Assembly (NCBI RefSeq): GCF_018350175.1
Contig: NC_058368.1
Coordinates: 196,914,001-196,978,000 of the forward strand
Direction of reading: 5' to 3'
DNA: 64,000 nt
Source: Felis catus
Lineage: Eukaryota
Under the pieces are notes generated by a model that ran no database searches, was not told the DNA's origin, and saw only the letters and a list, made by a program, of their open reading frames with translations. Below, one piece after another: positions 49,654 through 62,345 of this stretch. Each line of letters begins with the position of its first letter. The first letter of the stretch is position 1. Both the position numbers and the translations under genes were made by a program.

Positions 49654-49661
49654 GTTTCTAA
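49654..49661 (+). CDS. CSNK1A1: CSNK1A1 terminal coding segment (G-F-stop)
   Basis: Long T tract then caaacag|GT TTC TAA; completes ...MKGF*; exon sum 1014 nt = 337 aa plus stop. Confidence 0.95.
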
Positions 49662-50712
49662 GCATGAATCAAGGAACAGAAGAAGCAGAGCAGATGATCG
49701 GAGCAGCATTTGTTTCTCCCCAAATCTAGGAATTTTAGTTCATATGTACACTAGACAGTGGTTGTGAACAACCATTTACTTGGTGTAAAGAACTTAATTT
49801 CAGTATAAACTGGCTCTGGGCAGCATTGGTGATGCCGTGTCCTGAGTTGTAGCCGCTGTAATTGTGAATATTAACTGAGATAGTGAAACATGGTGTCCAG
49901 TTTTCTATTGCATTTTTTCAAGTGGAAAAGTTAACTCTAAATGGTTGACACACACAAATTGGTGGAGAAATTGTGCATATGCCAATTTTTGTTAAAATCT
50001 TTTATTTTGAACTATACTGCTTTGAGATCTCATTTCAGAAGAACGGCATGAACAGTCTTCAGCCACAGTTGTGATGGTTGTAAATGCTCACAATTGTGCG
50101 TTCTTAGGGTTTATCCACCCCTGGGGTTTGCAAGTTGTTCACTTAAAACATTCTTAAAATGGTTGGCTTCTTGTTTGCAAGCCAGCTTGATACGGTAGCA
50201 ACCAAAGATTCCAGTGTTTGAGCATTCGGAAGACTGCCTGCTTACCTGTGCTAGAAATAACAGCATCTAAAGTGAAGACTTAAGAAAAACTTAGTGACTA
50301 CTAGATTATCCTTAGGACTCTGCATTAACTCTATAATGTTCTTGGTATTAAAAAAAAAAAAAAAGCATATTTGTCACAGAAATTTAGTTAACATCTTACA
50401 ACTGAACATGTATGTATGTTGCTTAGATAAATGTAATCACTGTAAACATCTATATGATCTGGGATTTTGTTTTTATTTTGAAATGGGAGCTTTTTTGTTT
50501 ACAAGTTCATTAAAAACTAAAAACTGTTTCTGTAAGGAAATGAGATTTTTTTTAAACAACAAAAATGCCTTGCTGACTCACTATGAAATCAAAATCTCCC
50601 CAATTTTTTAATAGACTACTTCAAGCCATTTGTTACATACAGTTCCTTTGCGAATCATTTTAGATTTAGTGTTACAACTTTTCCTCAGATTTTTTTATTT
50701 AAAAAAAAAAAA

Positions 50713-50743
<31 letters not shown>

Positions 50744-52430
50744 GGTCTGAAGGGGAAAGGCATTCTTTATTTTTCCTTTTATAATGACTTACAGGCACAG
50801 TACCTAGTGCCGTGGCAGCCGGGACTCCGTGTTCTAACTCCTGCGGCCTCGCACTAACCGCTGGACTGATTGTGCATAAGAATGAAAGCGTTAAAGGGTT
50901 TAACTACCATTTTGTAGCTTTTCTTTAAATTCCTGGTTAATTTGGCTTTGAGCAGATTGATTCTTAACTTTGGAGAGCATCCCGCCAGGTGGCCAGGTGA
51001 GGTTCCTATGATTCCTGACCCTCCCTAAGCCCCCATTCTTTCCCCTAAGTTCTCTGTGCGCTTCCTCTTAATAATCTTAAATGCGCTCTTCTCTTTCCTC
51101 TTTCTGACCCAATAGAAAGAGAAATTTATTGACAGTAATTCTTTAAATAGCGTAATTTATTCATTTATAGCATGTCAGGATTAATTAAAAGAACCTTTGT
51201 CTGAAAATGCTGCCAGGAGCCTGTTGTAAATGTAGGTATTTTGTAAAATAACCTTGAAACTGTAAATTGACAGGTTTGTTCAGATTGTGTCAGGTTTAAT
51301 TTGTTTTATTTTTTTTCTCTTTCTTTTTTAAATCTACTTTAGCAATAATTAATTCCATGATCACCACATTCTGCTATTACAGAATATATTAGCACCCTCC
51401 CACTGCAGAAATCTTAATGAGTGCGAACTTTTGGGGTAGGCAGCTTACTTGTTTCTTTTCTATCCACCCATGTGAGTTAAGGTATTTGTTTCTTGACTAA
51501 TAAACCCTTTGATACTTTTAGCCAGAAATCAGTCTCATAAAGCTATTTTTGAGTATAGTTTGTGTAAAATAAAAATGTTTAGCTTTGGTAATAACTTTTC
51601 CGAGCTGAACTCCCTCTAGCAAGATATTTTTCAGTGCTTTTATTTACTATGCACTTAGACTATGCACTTTTTCTGAAATATTTTTGTAACACTTAACTTT
51701 TTTGTATTTTTGCCATTTGAAAAGGTTGTGGTGTAGTTGGTCTGTAATTAAGTTGCAGATTTCAAACTGCTGTTAGCTTTGTAAATCAAAATATAGGTGT
51801 TTCTGTCCTGGTATATCTTCATTCCATCTGCAGCTGGAGCTGGAATCCCATTGATCTTCTAGCTACCATTCATTTTCTTCACAGTTCACAAAAGAAGAAT
51901 GTGAAATTCAGTGAATGCTGTTCCTAATCCTGTCGGGAGATGAATCTCATTTCACCAAAATTAAATTATGTTTTTCCACTAAAATGATGATACAAGTTGA
52001 AGACACATCACTCTGAAATTGGAAGACCTCACCACTTAAGGCTCCGCAGTGGCTTACTCAGCTGAACTCTAGGTTACTACTCTACTTTGTTCACCCATTG
52101 GGGGGTGCAGTTTTTTTTAAATGTCGGGAGATGGCCATTCTAACTACTGTTGAATGTCTCTGTTTTGGGAAGGTATAACAAGAAAATAAAAAAGAATATA
52201 TATGAAGGGAGAGACTGGTTATCTCCTCCCATACGGTTGTGCTCATGCTCCTATGGCCTACAAATGGAATTTGGGAGGTTTGCGTTTTCTATTATTTTCC
52301 ATCAACAAATAGCAAGAGATTTTCCTATTAGTGCTTGCAGTGCTATTAAAATGTTTCAAGCGGAGAATACTGTAATGGCTATAAACTGAATTCCATTATA
52401 ATAAACATAGCAATCAAGATTTTAGAAACC
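49662..52430 (+). other. CSNK1A1: CSNK1A1 3' UTR (long, repeat-free, AU-rich); 3' end uncertain
   Basis: Follows the stop codon; no SINE until ~53735; several poly(A) hexamers and miRNA seed matches. Confidence 0.7.
50509..52405 (+). terminator. Candidate tandem polyadenylation signals
   Basis: ATTAAA 50509-50514; AATAAA 51499-51504, 51568-51573, 52185-52190 and 52400-52405. Usage cannot be determined from sequence alone. Confidence 0.55.
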
Positions 52431-53734
52431 AAGCCAGTAAGCTAGTTCTCCCTACCATTTGCTGAAATACAGAGAATGGGTTCTTCTGACTTGAGCAGAA
52501 TGAACTGTAGGACTTCTAAGAAGGGTGCCCCTGGACTTTCTTCATCTCAGCTTCCGAAAATTCAGTGGTCTGACCAGGGCTCTTCCTGAGCCAGATGGAT
52601 ATGTAGCCATGTTTTACGTTTTCTTGTTAGTTTTTCAACGGATAAGCATGTGATCAAAATGTGAGTGGGTCTCTACGAGGTATATAGCAAAGCGTCATGA
52701 ACAAAAATTTATCTCAGATCTGCCGTCCCCTTTAAAGTGAGACCTTGTGAGACTGTACCTTGACAGGGTTGTTTTCGTGCTCTTCTCATCTTTTAAAATG
52801 GCCAGAGATGGTGATGAATCAAGAGTAAGTTGATCTCATCGGTCTTTGAATCATCAAACAGTACGTTGTTGAAGTAAAATGACTTGATTTCCGAAATGAC
52901 TGTTAGACCCGTTATGAGGACATAATGCAAAAGTAGTGAAAATGTTGAACAGTAGGAGAGCTGTCAGACTAGCCGTCCACGGCCGCGGTCACGTTGTTGG
53001 TCAGATGGCATTGTGTCTGTTGCTTGAGGCTGTGGACCCACGGTGACTAGAAGTCCACAATGAGAAGGAAGATTCTCCTCCTCCTTGTGAGTTGGGAGAG
53101 CCCTCCTGGGACTTCACACTTCATTCTGTTGTTTGGTCTCTGCTATTTGTCAGCCTGGCACGGTGACTTGGTTCATTCTGCCTCTGCCTGTACCAGATCA
53201 GATCCCTTAAAGAAGTGTTTCGGGGAACTGCTACCATTGGCTACTGTGTACACCCGTCGGGATCAAAGTCGCGAAGAAATGTTTGTAATGGCGATTTGAA
53301 GTGCTGGGGCAGTGTTGAGTTCATTGGTGTCCGTACCACCGTAGACCTGAGCCACAGCACCTGACTCCCTAAAGAACTTCTGACTCCCTAAATAACTCCC
53401 TAAATGGGAGGAGCAGTAAAGTGGAGGTGGAGAGAGTGTTGAAGTGGCCAGTAGATTAGATCAGTCTCCTTCATAGTGAGGAGGCCAAGCAGGACATGTA
53501 GGGGTTGTAGTGACTCATCTTGTGTTTAAATTCAGGATTTCTTATTCTACTTGGCCATTTATCACTCCAGCCATGTATGTTTTTATAGGTGAATATTTGG
53601 ATACAGAAGGTTTGAAAAAATGAACTGTTTTGGCATTGTAACGCACATTCCAAGTCGATTTTAGACTGTCCGGGACTATGCCAAGCTACAGGGAATTCAG
53701 AAGTGACCAAGACCATCCCCCACCTCCCCAGCCT

Positions 53735-53945
53735 TGTTTTAAATGTTTATTTATTTTAGGGAGAGAGAGACCGGGCAAGCAGGGGAGGGGCAGAGAGAGG
53801 GAGACACAGAATCTGAAACACGCTCCAGGCTCCAATTGTCCGTGTGGAGCCTGATGTGGGGCTCAAACTGAACAGTGAGAACATGACCTGAGCCGAAATC
53901 AGACGCTTAACCGACTGAGCTACGACTGAGCTACCCTGGTGCCCC
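53735..53945 (-). mobile_element. Can-SINE
   Basis: Body and head visible; TSD-like CAAGACC(A/G)TCCC flanks. Confidence 0.88.
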
Positions 53946-54689
53946 AAGACCGTCCCTTTTTAACAGCTCAGTATAAGAGAAGAAATAGGAATTTTGTATC
54001 ACTGTAACTATTGCTAAAGAGTAAGCATTTGGGTGTTATGAGAGCACCTAATAGAAACGTCGAACTGTCTTAGGGTTTTAAGGCGTTTAGCAAAGAAATG
54101 TAGACAAATGGAGCAGCACAGGAAAAATCTGAAATAAAGATGGGACTAATTATGGAAGGTAGTAAGTAGCTGCAGGACCATTAAAGGTACGGATAAAATT
54201 CAGGTGCCCTTTGGAAGGATCACAAAGTATGGGCAACCCATTGAAGCTGTTGTAGGGAGACCAGGGCCATTTCAAGAAAGCAAAAAAGTGTGGAAAACTT
54301 GTGACTGAGGCTCCCGACTGAAGAGACCTTTACAGTTCTACGTTTTAGCATAGACCCAAAAGCTGTGGAAAGGATTAGATCATCCAGTGGCAGTGGGAAA
54401 AGGACTGGAATCTGCAGAGTATGCCCTATTTGTCAAAATCCTGAAAAATACTGAAGCATCTTATTTACTAAAGGAGACATTTTAGAGGAATTTATGGTTC
54501 AGGTCCAAATCTCAGTCTTCCAGCATGGTATCTTATTTGGAAGAAGTGGGGAGAGATTCCATATTAGGATGAAATTTAACAGCTGTATGAAACTACTTTC
54601 GTTTATTAACCCTCAAAAATCCCTTGGCCTATAGCAAGATTTAGGTGTTTATATATACGTTTCTTTGATGCCATTAAAGATGTTCATAC

Positions 54690-55564
54690 AGGGCCACCTG
54701 GGCGGGTCAGGTCAGTTGGTAGAACATGAAGCTCTTGATCTTGGGGTTGTGAAGTTAAGTCCCATGCTGGACATAAAACTTGTTTTTGTTTTTTGATGTT
54801 TATTTTTGAGAAAGAGCACCGGCGGGGCAATTGCAGAGAGGGGGACAGGATCTGAAGCGGCCTGTCTGCTGGCAACAGAGGGCCCGAAGCGGGCTCGAAC
54901 TCACAAACTGTGAGTTAATTGACCTGAAGTCGGATGCTCAACCTACTGAGTCACCCACGTGCCCCCGCCCCCCCCCCCCCGCATAGTTTACTTCTTTAAA
55001 AAATCTGTTACATAGACTGTTTTAGCTTTATTCTTAAGATAAAAAATTTATCCCCCTTTTCATCAATGACACAGTGACTTGTGCACGTTTATCTACTAAA
55101 TCTCCTAGTTCAAACTTTAACAAGGCCAGAGCTAGGTCATCTCTGAACTGAGCCGAGCCGATACTGTAGAAATAACGTCCTTCAGTCTGCGAGGTGCTTC
55201 TTATGCTTTGTTCTTTTGATATTTAAGGAGTGTCTGGCGGGGCTGAGTCAGTGGAACATGTCATTCTTGATCTCAGGGTCATGAGTTGAAGTCCCACATC
55301 AGGCATAGAGTTAGTTCACCTTAAATTACAAGAATGGTACAATGATTCTTCCTTATGCTCAGGAGATTCAACAGTTGTTTACATTTTGCCCATTCAATCT
55401 GTTTGCACATCTATTTTTCTTTTCATCTTTATTTTTGAGAGAGAGAGTGAGCATGAGCGGGGGAGGGGCAGAGAACCCAATGCGGGACTCAAATCCACAA
55501 ACTGCAAGACCATGACCTGAGTTGAAGTCGGATGCTCAACTGACTGAGCCACCCAGGTGCCCCT
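54690..55564. mobile_element. Four Can-SINE copies or fragments (plus ~54690-54775, minus ~54780-54965, plus ~55230-55320, minus ~55420-55564)
   Basis: Recognisable SINE heads and tails. Confidence 0.8.
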
Positions 55565-56944
55565 GCACATCGCTCTTTAAACATACACTTTTTAACCATT
55601 TGAGAGTAGGTTACGGAAGTATTTTAATTTTTCTGAGAACAAAGATAAACTATTAATCATGGTACAATTAATCAAGATCAGAACATTTTAAGATTGACCC
55701 AGTTTTCTAGTCCAATTCCGTCTGTAGTCCCAGTGTCTTTCATAACCCTTCTTTCAAATTGTCCAGGACAATTTGTGTTGTCCAACAAAAGAGCCATTTA
55801 CCGTACTTACTTACGTTTTTAAGTTTGGAACAGTTCCTCACCCTTCCTCTTTCATGACCTTAATGTTGTGTGTGTGTTTGTGTGTGCGCATGTGCATGTG
55901 TATGGTTTCATTTTCCAGCTGTGTTCGCTGAGGGTCTGGAACTCATGCTACTAAAGTAGCAGTGAGCACACCGGGCGCCCAGGTCTTGATTTCTAAATAC
56001 TAAGGAACCACGGTTTCTTGAAGTGTCTGACTTCAGGGCTGGGGTAGAGAAAATAAATACAAGGTGAACCTGGAATATTCTTGTGCCAGAAAGAAAGGAA
56101 ATCACAAAAAAATGATGAGTACGTGTCAGGACACTGGAGCCACTTGAAAGGTTCTTATTGGCCAAAAGTGTATCAGTTATATGAAAATGCTGATGACAAT
56201 GTAACTTAAGTACCCATGGTTTCCATATTTGTATAAAAGGAGGAGAAAGGAAAGCTCTTAAAAGAATGCTGATAAGAGTAATGTTGCATTTGAAAAGTCA
56301 ATATTTTACTAAAGGGAGCAAGTGCAAGTTTGATAAGCACGAACATTTACGTTGTCAAAAGTATTACTTACGAAGTAGAAATACGCATTACTTGCCAAGG
56401 AGCATTCTAAAAAATACCTGGCCCGGATCCTCCATTGGAAAGGTGGTGCGATCATCTCCATTTTAAAGACAAATTCTAGGTTTCATAGCGTATCTTGCAG
56501 AATTAGAATTTGAATCCATCTAGAACTTAACAGCTGTCCGACAGACATCATGTCAGTCCTTAATCATGACAGTTACTGTTGTTCCTGATAGAAAAGAATT
56601 TAGAAAGGTGGGACTACCCAAGATGTGACAGCTGTTAGGTTTTATAAAGCCAAGACCTAAACCTGGTTTCCTTTAGTTTTTATATGGTTAGACCTGGTGT
56701 CCTTTTAAAATTTTATCACCGTTTGAAACCCAGAGGTTAGTGATACTAACCATTTATTGAATGCTGTATGTCAGGCACCTTTCTAATACTAATTTGCCTG
56801 ATTGTCACAGCTTCCCATGAGGTCAGTCCTGTCTCCTGTTTACTTTTGGAGATCCTGAGGCACAGGGCTGCAGGAGGTACTTTATGTTCTCGTAGTTTCT
56901 CCGGAACTTCGCTTTCCTCCTTTAATTTACATAGTCAATGTATC

Positions 56945-57148
56945 TTTTTTTTTTTAATGTTTATTTATTTTTGAGAGAAAAAGACTGTGCAAGTGGAGTA
57001 GGGGCAGAGAGAGGGGGGGAGACACAGAATCCGAAGCAGGCTCCAGGCTCCAGCACAGAGCGCGACATGGAGCACGAACTCATGAGCCACAAGATAATGA
57101 CCTGAGCCGAAGTTGGACACTTAACCAACTGAGCCACCCAGGTGCCCC
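56945..57148 (-). mobile_element. Can-SINE
   Basis: TSD TAGTC(A/T)ATGTAT flanks. Confidence 0.88.
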
Positions 57149-57359
57149 TAGTCTATGTATGTTTAAATGCATATCGAATAGGATGGCAGTCTAAGAGTTT
57201 CAAAGTGCAAAACAATGCCATAAAAGGTTCCTCATAAACCTAGCTCAATTTTGGCTGTTCGTATACTTGAGTCCCGCATTTAGGACCAAATTCTACATCT
57301 TGGTGTTTCTGTTTTTGTTTTTAGTCTCTTGGAAGATGATTGAAATGAAGCCCCAAAAG

Positions 57360-57602
57360 GGCCTCCTGGGTTGCTCAACACGGGTGGCTCAGTCGGTTGA
57401 GCGTCCGACTTCGGCTCAGGTCATGATCTCATGGTCTGTGAGTTCGAGCCCCGCGTCGGGCTCTGCTGACAGCTCAGAGCCTGGATCCCACTTCAGATTC
57501 TGTGTCTCCCTCTCTCTCTGCGCCTCCCACTCATGCTCTGTCTCTCTGCCAAAAATAAATAAAACATTGAAAAAATTTAAAAAATAATAAATTAAAAAAA
57601 AA
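57360..57602 (+). mobile_element. Can-SINE with a duplicated 5' head segment
   Basis: Perfect 18-nt TSD GAAATGAAGCCCCAAAAG at 57342-57359 and 57603-57620. Confidence 0.92.
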
Positions 57603-59919
57603 GAAATGAAGCCCCAAAAGACGTACAGATGTATTGAAATTACCACAACCAAGACTAGAACTCACACCAAGACATTCTTTTCCTAGTGTTACTTGCTGTT
57701 AAGCCAGAGGAATTCTTCTATATAATGCATTTACCAGCCAACTTTACCTAGTTACCACCAAGTACCCATCTGTGTGCTAATAAAAGAAAATGTCAGCCAA
57801 TTTTGCTATTAACCAGTCTTACTAGAAATTGAAATCCGTTTTTTGAAATCAGAATGATGAAGTACTAGTGTTGTAAGATAAGTTATTCATACCTAATCCA
57901 AGAATGGGATGCATTGATAAAATCACATTCTGTTCGATGGTTGGTCAAGGTATTTTTCCTTGGGGGGAATGTTTCATTTATGGTTTTGGAGCATATTCAT
58001 GTGGCCAGGTTTGTGTAGGTTATTCTAATATGCTAGTACATTCACTGAAGGGGTTTTCTTCCCCCCGCCCTGTACTGTAGTACCAAGCCCGAGAGTGACA
58101 TTTATATAAGGAGTATAATGTGTTAGGTAGGAAAAAATGTAGTCCATTCTCAACATGACCATATTAAGGCTGCAATGTTACTGATTCAGGGAAGTAAATA
58201 GTTTGAATAACCATTGGAAACAGTTTCTGGGGGGTGTCAGGCAGCACACTTTGGTTTTCTGCCAGTGGACAGTTAACACAAATCATGGTGGTGATAAAGT
58301 GTTGCATTAGATATTTAGGTTTGGAAAAGGGGAGGTGGGTATTTTTAGAAGCTGCTCTCAACAGTTGCTAAGTAAATATTTTTTATTAATTGCAAAGCTG
58401 GTTTGCACTGTGGTAACATTGCAACTCCATTAAGAGTGTAACGTTTGAGTCTAGATTTAGAAACACAGTAAAACTAATTAGCCTCTAGATTGTGTGTGTG
58501 TGTGTGTGAGAAAAAGGGCGAATAAAGACACCAAAATTATGAAAATGTTCTTGACCGCCCTAACCCCTGCAAAATGAAGAATGTGTAACTTACTGCTTCT
58601 CTGTCTTGAATTTCATATGACAAGCATGCATGATTTTTTTTAAGCCTGTGTACAAAAAGTGCAAGTTCAGTAGTTAGAATATAGTTAAGTCGATTAGTAG
58701 CTAAAGAGCATTTACTGAGTCTCTTAAGTGCTAGGCCCTGTGCTACTCCCTGGGAATTCAGGAATGACCGTTACGAGACTATGCAATGTGGGATGTTACC
58801 AGAATGGGTGCAATATAGACGGAGGTCAGAGGAGATAATCTCTGAATTGCCTATTGAAGGAAGAGTAAGATTTCACCAAGCAGAGGAGACTCCTCACCTT
58901 GATGCTAATCCCGGAGGAATGGTAGCAGATCACACCCATGTGAAGAATTTAATCGGGCAGAATACCCACTCCTTCAGCTTAGAGCCAGATGAGTGCTTCA
59001 GGCAGTGAATGCTGGAGGTTCACACACCTCTTATAATGAGATTATGTGAGTAATATGTAAGCCATACGGAAGTTTTTACAAAAAGCTGAAGTAATTTGGA
59101 AGTAAAGACAGTTTAGTTGGAATACAAGCCCTAGGATTTCAGTCTAGGAAGAGATCTGAGAATGGTCATGAGATAAAATGACAAGTGGTGGGGGCGGGGG
59201 GGGGGTGGGGGGAGGATGGGAAGGTGTGACAAAATCCAAGCAGCAAGCCTAAACTAATGAAACGTATTGGACCTTTGGTGGGGCTGGGTGGTGGCAGAGA
59301 GGTGCTTTTCAGAGCAGACAGCAGAATATCCTCATCTCGCACCAATTCCAACCCTTTCTAGCATGTCCACAGATTGCTAACAGTTGCATCAATAACCTCA
59401 TAAATTAGGTACGGTAGTTAGGAGTCCTTGGATTCTATTACATATATCAAGGCAAGTCTTTTGTTGGGTTTTAAGGCTGATGATGTGCCCCTATGGGATA
59501 AATGTGTTCAATGTCTTTTTAAATGGCTCTTGTCAATCTTCAATTTCTATCTTTAGATAAAACTATCCTAATAATTGAACATCAGGAAGGACAATATCAT
59601 ACATTAATTTTACTCCGGGTGTGTATTGTCACCCAGGAGACTATTAAGCCTCATTGGGGGTTTTTGCTGCTTGCAGAATCTGGAGGTGCCCAATGCTCTG
59701 CTTTTTTGTCTTTGAATTCTATATATGGCACGTTAGCAGGCTAAGATGGATAAGCACGAGAACAGCATTACGTGAAAGTAAACAATAAGATCATTGAAAC
59801 TTGAAGCTGTGGTCTCCCTTTGGAATAATAGCCTGCTCAAGGTCACAGAGCTGATGAGCGGCAGATCTAGGAAAGAATCCAGCTGGAGCCCTTTGCCACT
59901 AAACTGCTACTCTAGGCAC

Positions 59920-60092
59920 AGGGCAATGATTCTAAGTACAGTTCCAGCACCAATAGCCTGGGAACTTGTTAGAGATACAAACTCACGCCCTGCTCCAGAC
60001 CTACTGAATTGAACTCAGGATGGGGCCCAGCGATCTGTGTGTTAGCACCCCTCAAATACTGCTCATGCTCGCTAAAGTTTGAGCAACACTGG
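59920..60092. mobile_element. MER5A-like hAT-Charlie relic
   Basis: cctgggaacttgttagagatacaaactc...ccagacctactgaat...ggggcccagcgatctgtg...ctaaagtttgag. Confidence 0.8.
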
Positions 60093-60339
60093 CAAAAGAG
60101 AATGAGTCCAAAAGTAGCTGGTAAGTAGAAATTAGCTATAGTGGGAAACGGGGAAAACCTTGCATCTGGGGCTTTCCTCCCACACCCACACCATTCCCAT
60201 CACCACCACCCCCATTGGTTTTTTAGCATATAAGGGTTCCAGATTGCAAAACTCATGTTTCTTTGTCCTAGTTTGTAATCCTCGGAACTTGAGTTAAAAT
60301 TAAATAATTGACATACAGTCCCTTTAAGTTGCAAACTTT

Positions 60340-60529
60340 TGTTTTTTATTTTTTTAAAGCTTATTTATTTAGTTTGACAGAGAAAGAGGGTGAGTAGGGG
60401 AGGGGCATAGAGAATCCCAAGGACACCGTCAGCACAGCCCATGCGGGGCTCAAACTCATGAAATAGATCATGACCTGAGCCGAAACCAAGAGTCTGACGC
60501 TTAACCGACTGAAGCCACCCAGGCACCCC
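60340..60529 (-). mobile_element. Can-SINE
   Basis: Body visible; TAAGTTGC on both flanks. Confidence 0.85.
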
Positions 60530-61844
60530 TAAGTTGCTAGCTCTAAAAAAAATGTAAATTTAGGGGGGGAAACCCGATTTGTACATCTTAACAGGACTCC
60601 ATTTTTCAATCAAAACCACTTTTCTAGGAGCCCTGTGAAACCCCACATTTTGAATAACTAATGCTTAGGGTCAGACGTGCCCCCAAGCCAGAGATGTAGA
60701 TTTGGAAGCTGTCACCATAGGAGTGATAATTGAAATCCCAGGACGAGGGGAGTTTTTCCAGACTGCATTTCCAGCTGGATGTGAAGAAGGTTGAACACAG
60801 AACCCCGGGACATACAAGGGCAAAGCAAAATGAACCAGCGAAGAAGATTGGGAATTGTCACAAAGGACGTCCGGGAACTCAGCAGTGCCATATGGAGAGG
60901 TCCAGAAGGAAGCTGAGTGGTTGATGAGTCAAGACGCTTCATGCTAGTTGCTGCAATGGCCAAACTCGAGACTAATGGCTTTATGCAACATGTATTTCTC
61001 CCTAGTGTGAGGGATTAGCCTTCCACTTCAGCCTTCCCGGCTGATGCTGCAGGGAAATGTGTCAGCAATGAACTGCCTAAGCGGGACAAACATGTATCAC
61101 TTTTTTTTTTTTTTTAAATAAACCATCGGCCAGAACCAGTCAGGCCCATTCTATCTGCAAAGGAGGCTCACCGGCGTAGGGGAGAGGATAGCTATTTAGG
61201 TACCTAGTTTTCTTGGTCACGGCTTGTTGGCAAGTGCTGCTGTACAGGAAGCTGGATGTCAGAAAACTGCCCCTGGCTGTTTGTACCCTCACGTATCCAG
61301 GCTAGGTTTTCCAGGAAGGCAAATCCTGGAGCCAGTAAACTCCCATGGCCCTCTGGCACAGTCTCCTGGCCTCTCTTCCAAGGCTTGTCACATAGGAAAA
61401 CAAGCCACGCAGTCGCTGTTGCTAGGAAACCCGTAAACACGGCAAGAAATAATCTGCCTATCTGCCGAGGCCTTAGCGTTGCCACTCGCCCGTCGATGCC
61501 CCACAGCTGCTTGACCTTCGAGGGGGGCTATATCTGTGTGTTGGCATAGGAATAAGGAAGAGAAGAGTGTGTGTCTCTCCTGCTGGGAGCAGAGTTTCTT
61601 TACAAGCAGAAGGCATAATTATTTTTGTCCTTTGTACACGGGAGCCTAACACAGGAAGGTGACCGGTTAAACTGCCATTAGAATCCGAATCCAGGATAGC
61701 GTTCGCTTTCTTTCAGCAGTGGTTCGCGTGCTGTTGATTCATCGGACGTCTGTTGCCAGGGCCACGTCTATCTTGAACCTATGCAAATAAATAAATAAAA
61801 TAATAAATACGTTTTGGGGTCTATGTGCTGATTTTATACGTATT

Positions 61845-62345
61845 TTTTTAGTAAGCTTTACGCCCAGCCTGGGGCTTGAGCCCCACACCTAGAGATCAAG
61901 AGTCACATGCTCCACCACAGGAGCCAGCCGGGTGCCCTGTCTACCTGCTGATTTTGGATTCAAAATGTGTGTTTGTTTGTTTGTTTGTTTACAGGGGGTG
62001 GGGGGCAGAGGGAGAGGGAGAAAATGAGTCTTAAGCAGGCTGCACGCCCAGTGCGGACTCGATCCCATGACTGAGAGAACCTGAGTCAGACGCTCAACAG
62101 ACTGAGGCACCCAGGCGCCCCTAGATTCAGAGCTTTTAAATGGCTCCTCCATCAAATGTTACTGCCCCCTAAAGAGATCAGCAAAAGCTCCCTAGTTTCA
62201 GCTTTTTGAAAACAGAATTGTAATTCTCTCCTTACCGCTTCAGATCCTCTGTCCCCCCCCCTGTCCCCCGCTGCCCGCCCCTCTCCTGCTCACACTCTCT
62301 CTCTCAAACATAAAAATAAACATTAAAAAAAACAACAACAAAAAA
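61845..62345. mobile_element. Can-SINE copies or fragments (minus 61845-61940, minus 61965-62121, plus tail 62225-62345)
   Basis: Recognisable SINE segments. Confidence 0.78.

Noticed and set aside
53361..53404. Three spaced copies of ACTCCCTAAA
   Set aside because: Short local slippage duplication; spacers too short and context eukaryotic, so not a CRISPR array.
59187..59220. G-run cluster able to form a G-quadruplex
   Set aside because: Isolated low-complexity G tract outside the gene with no supporting context.
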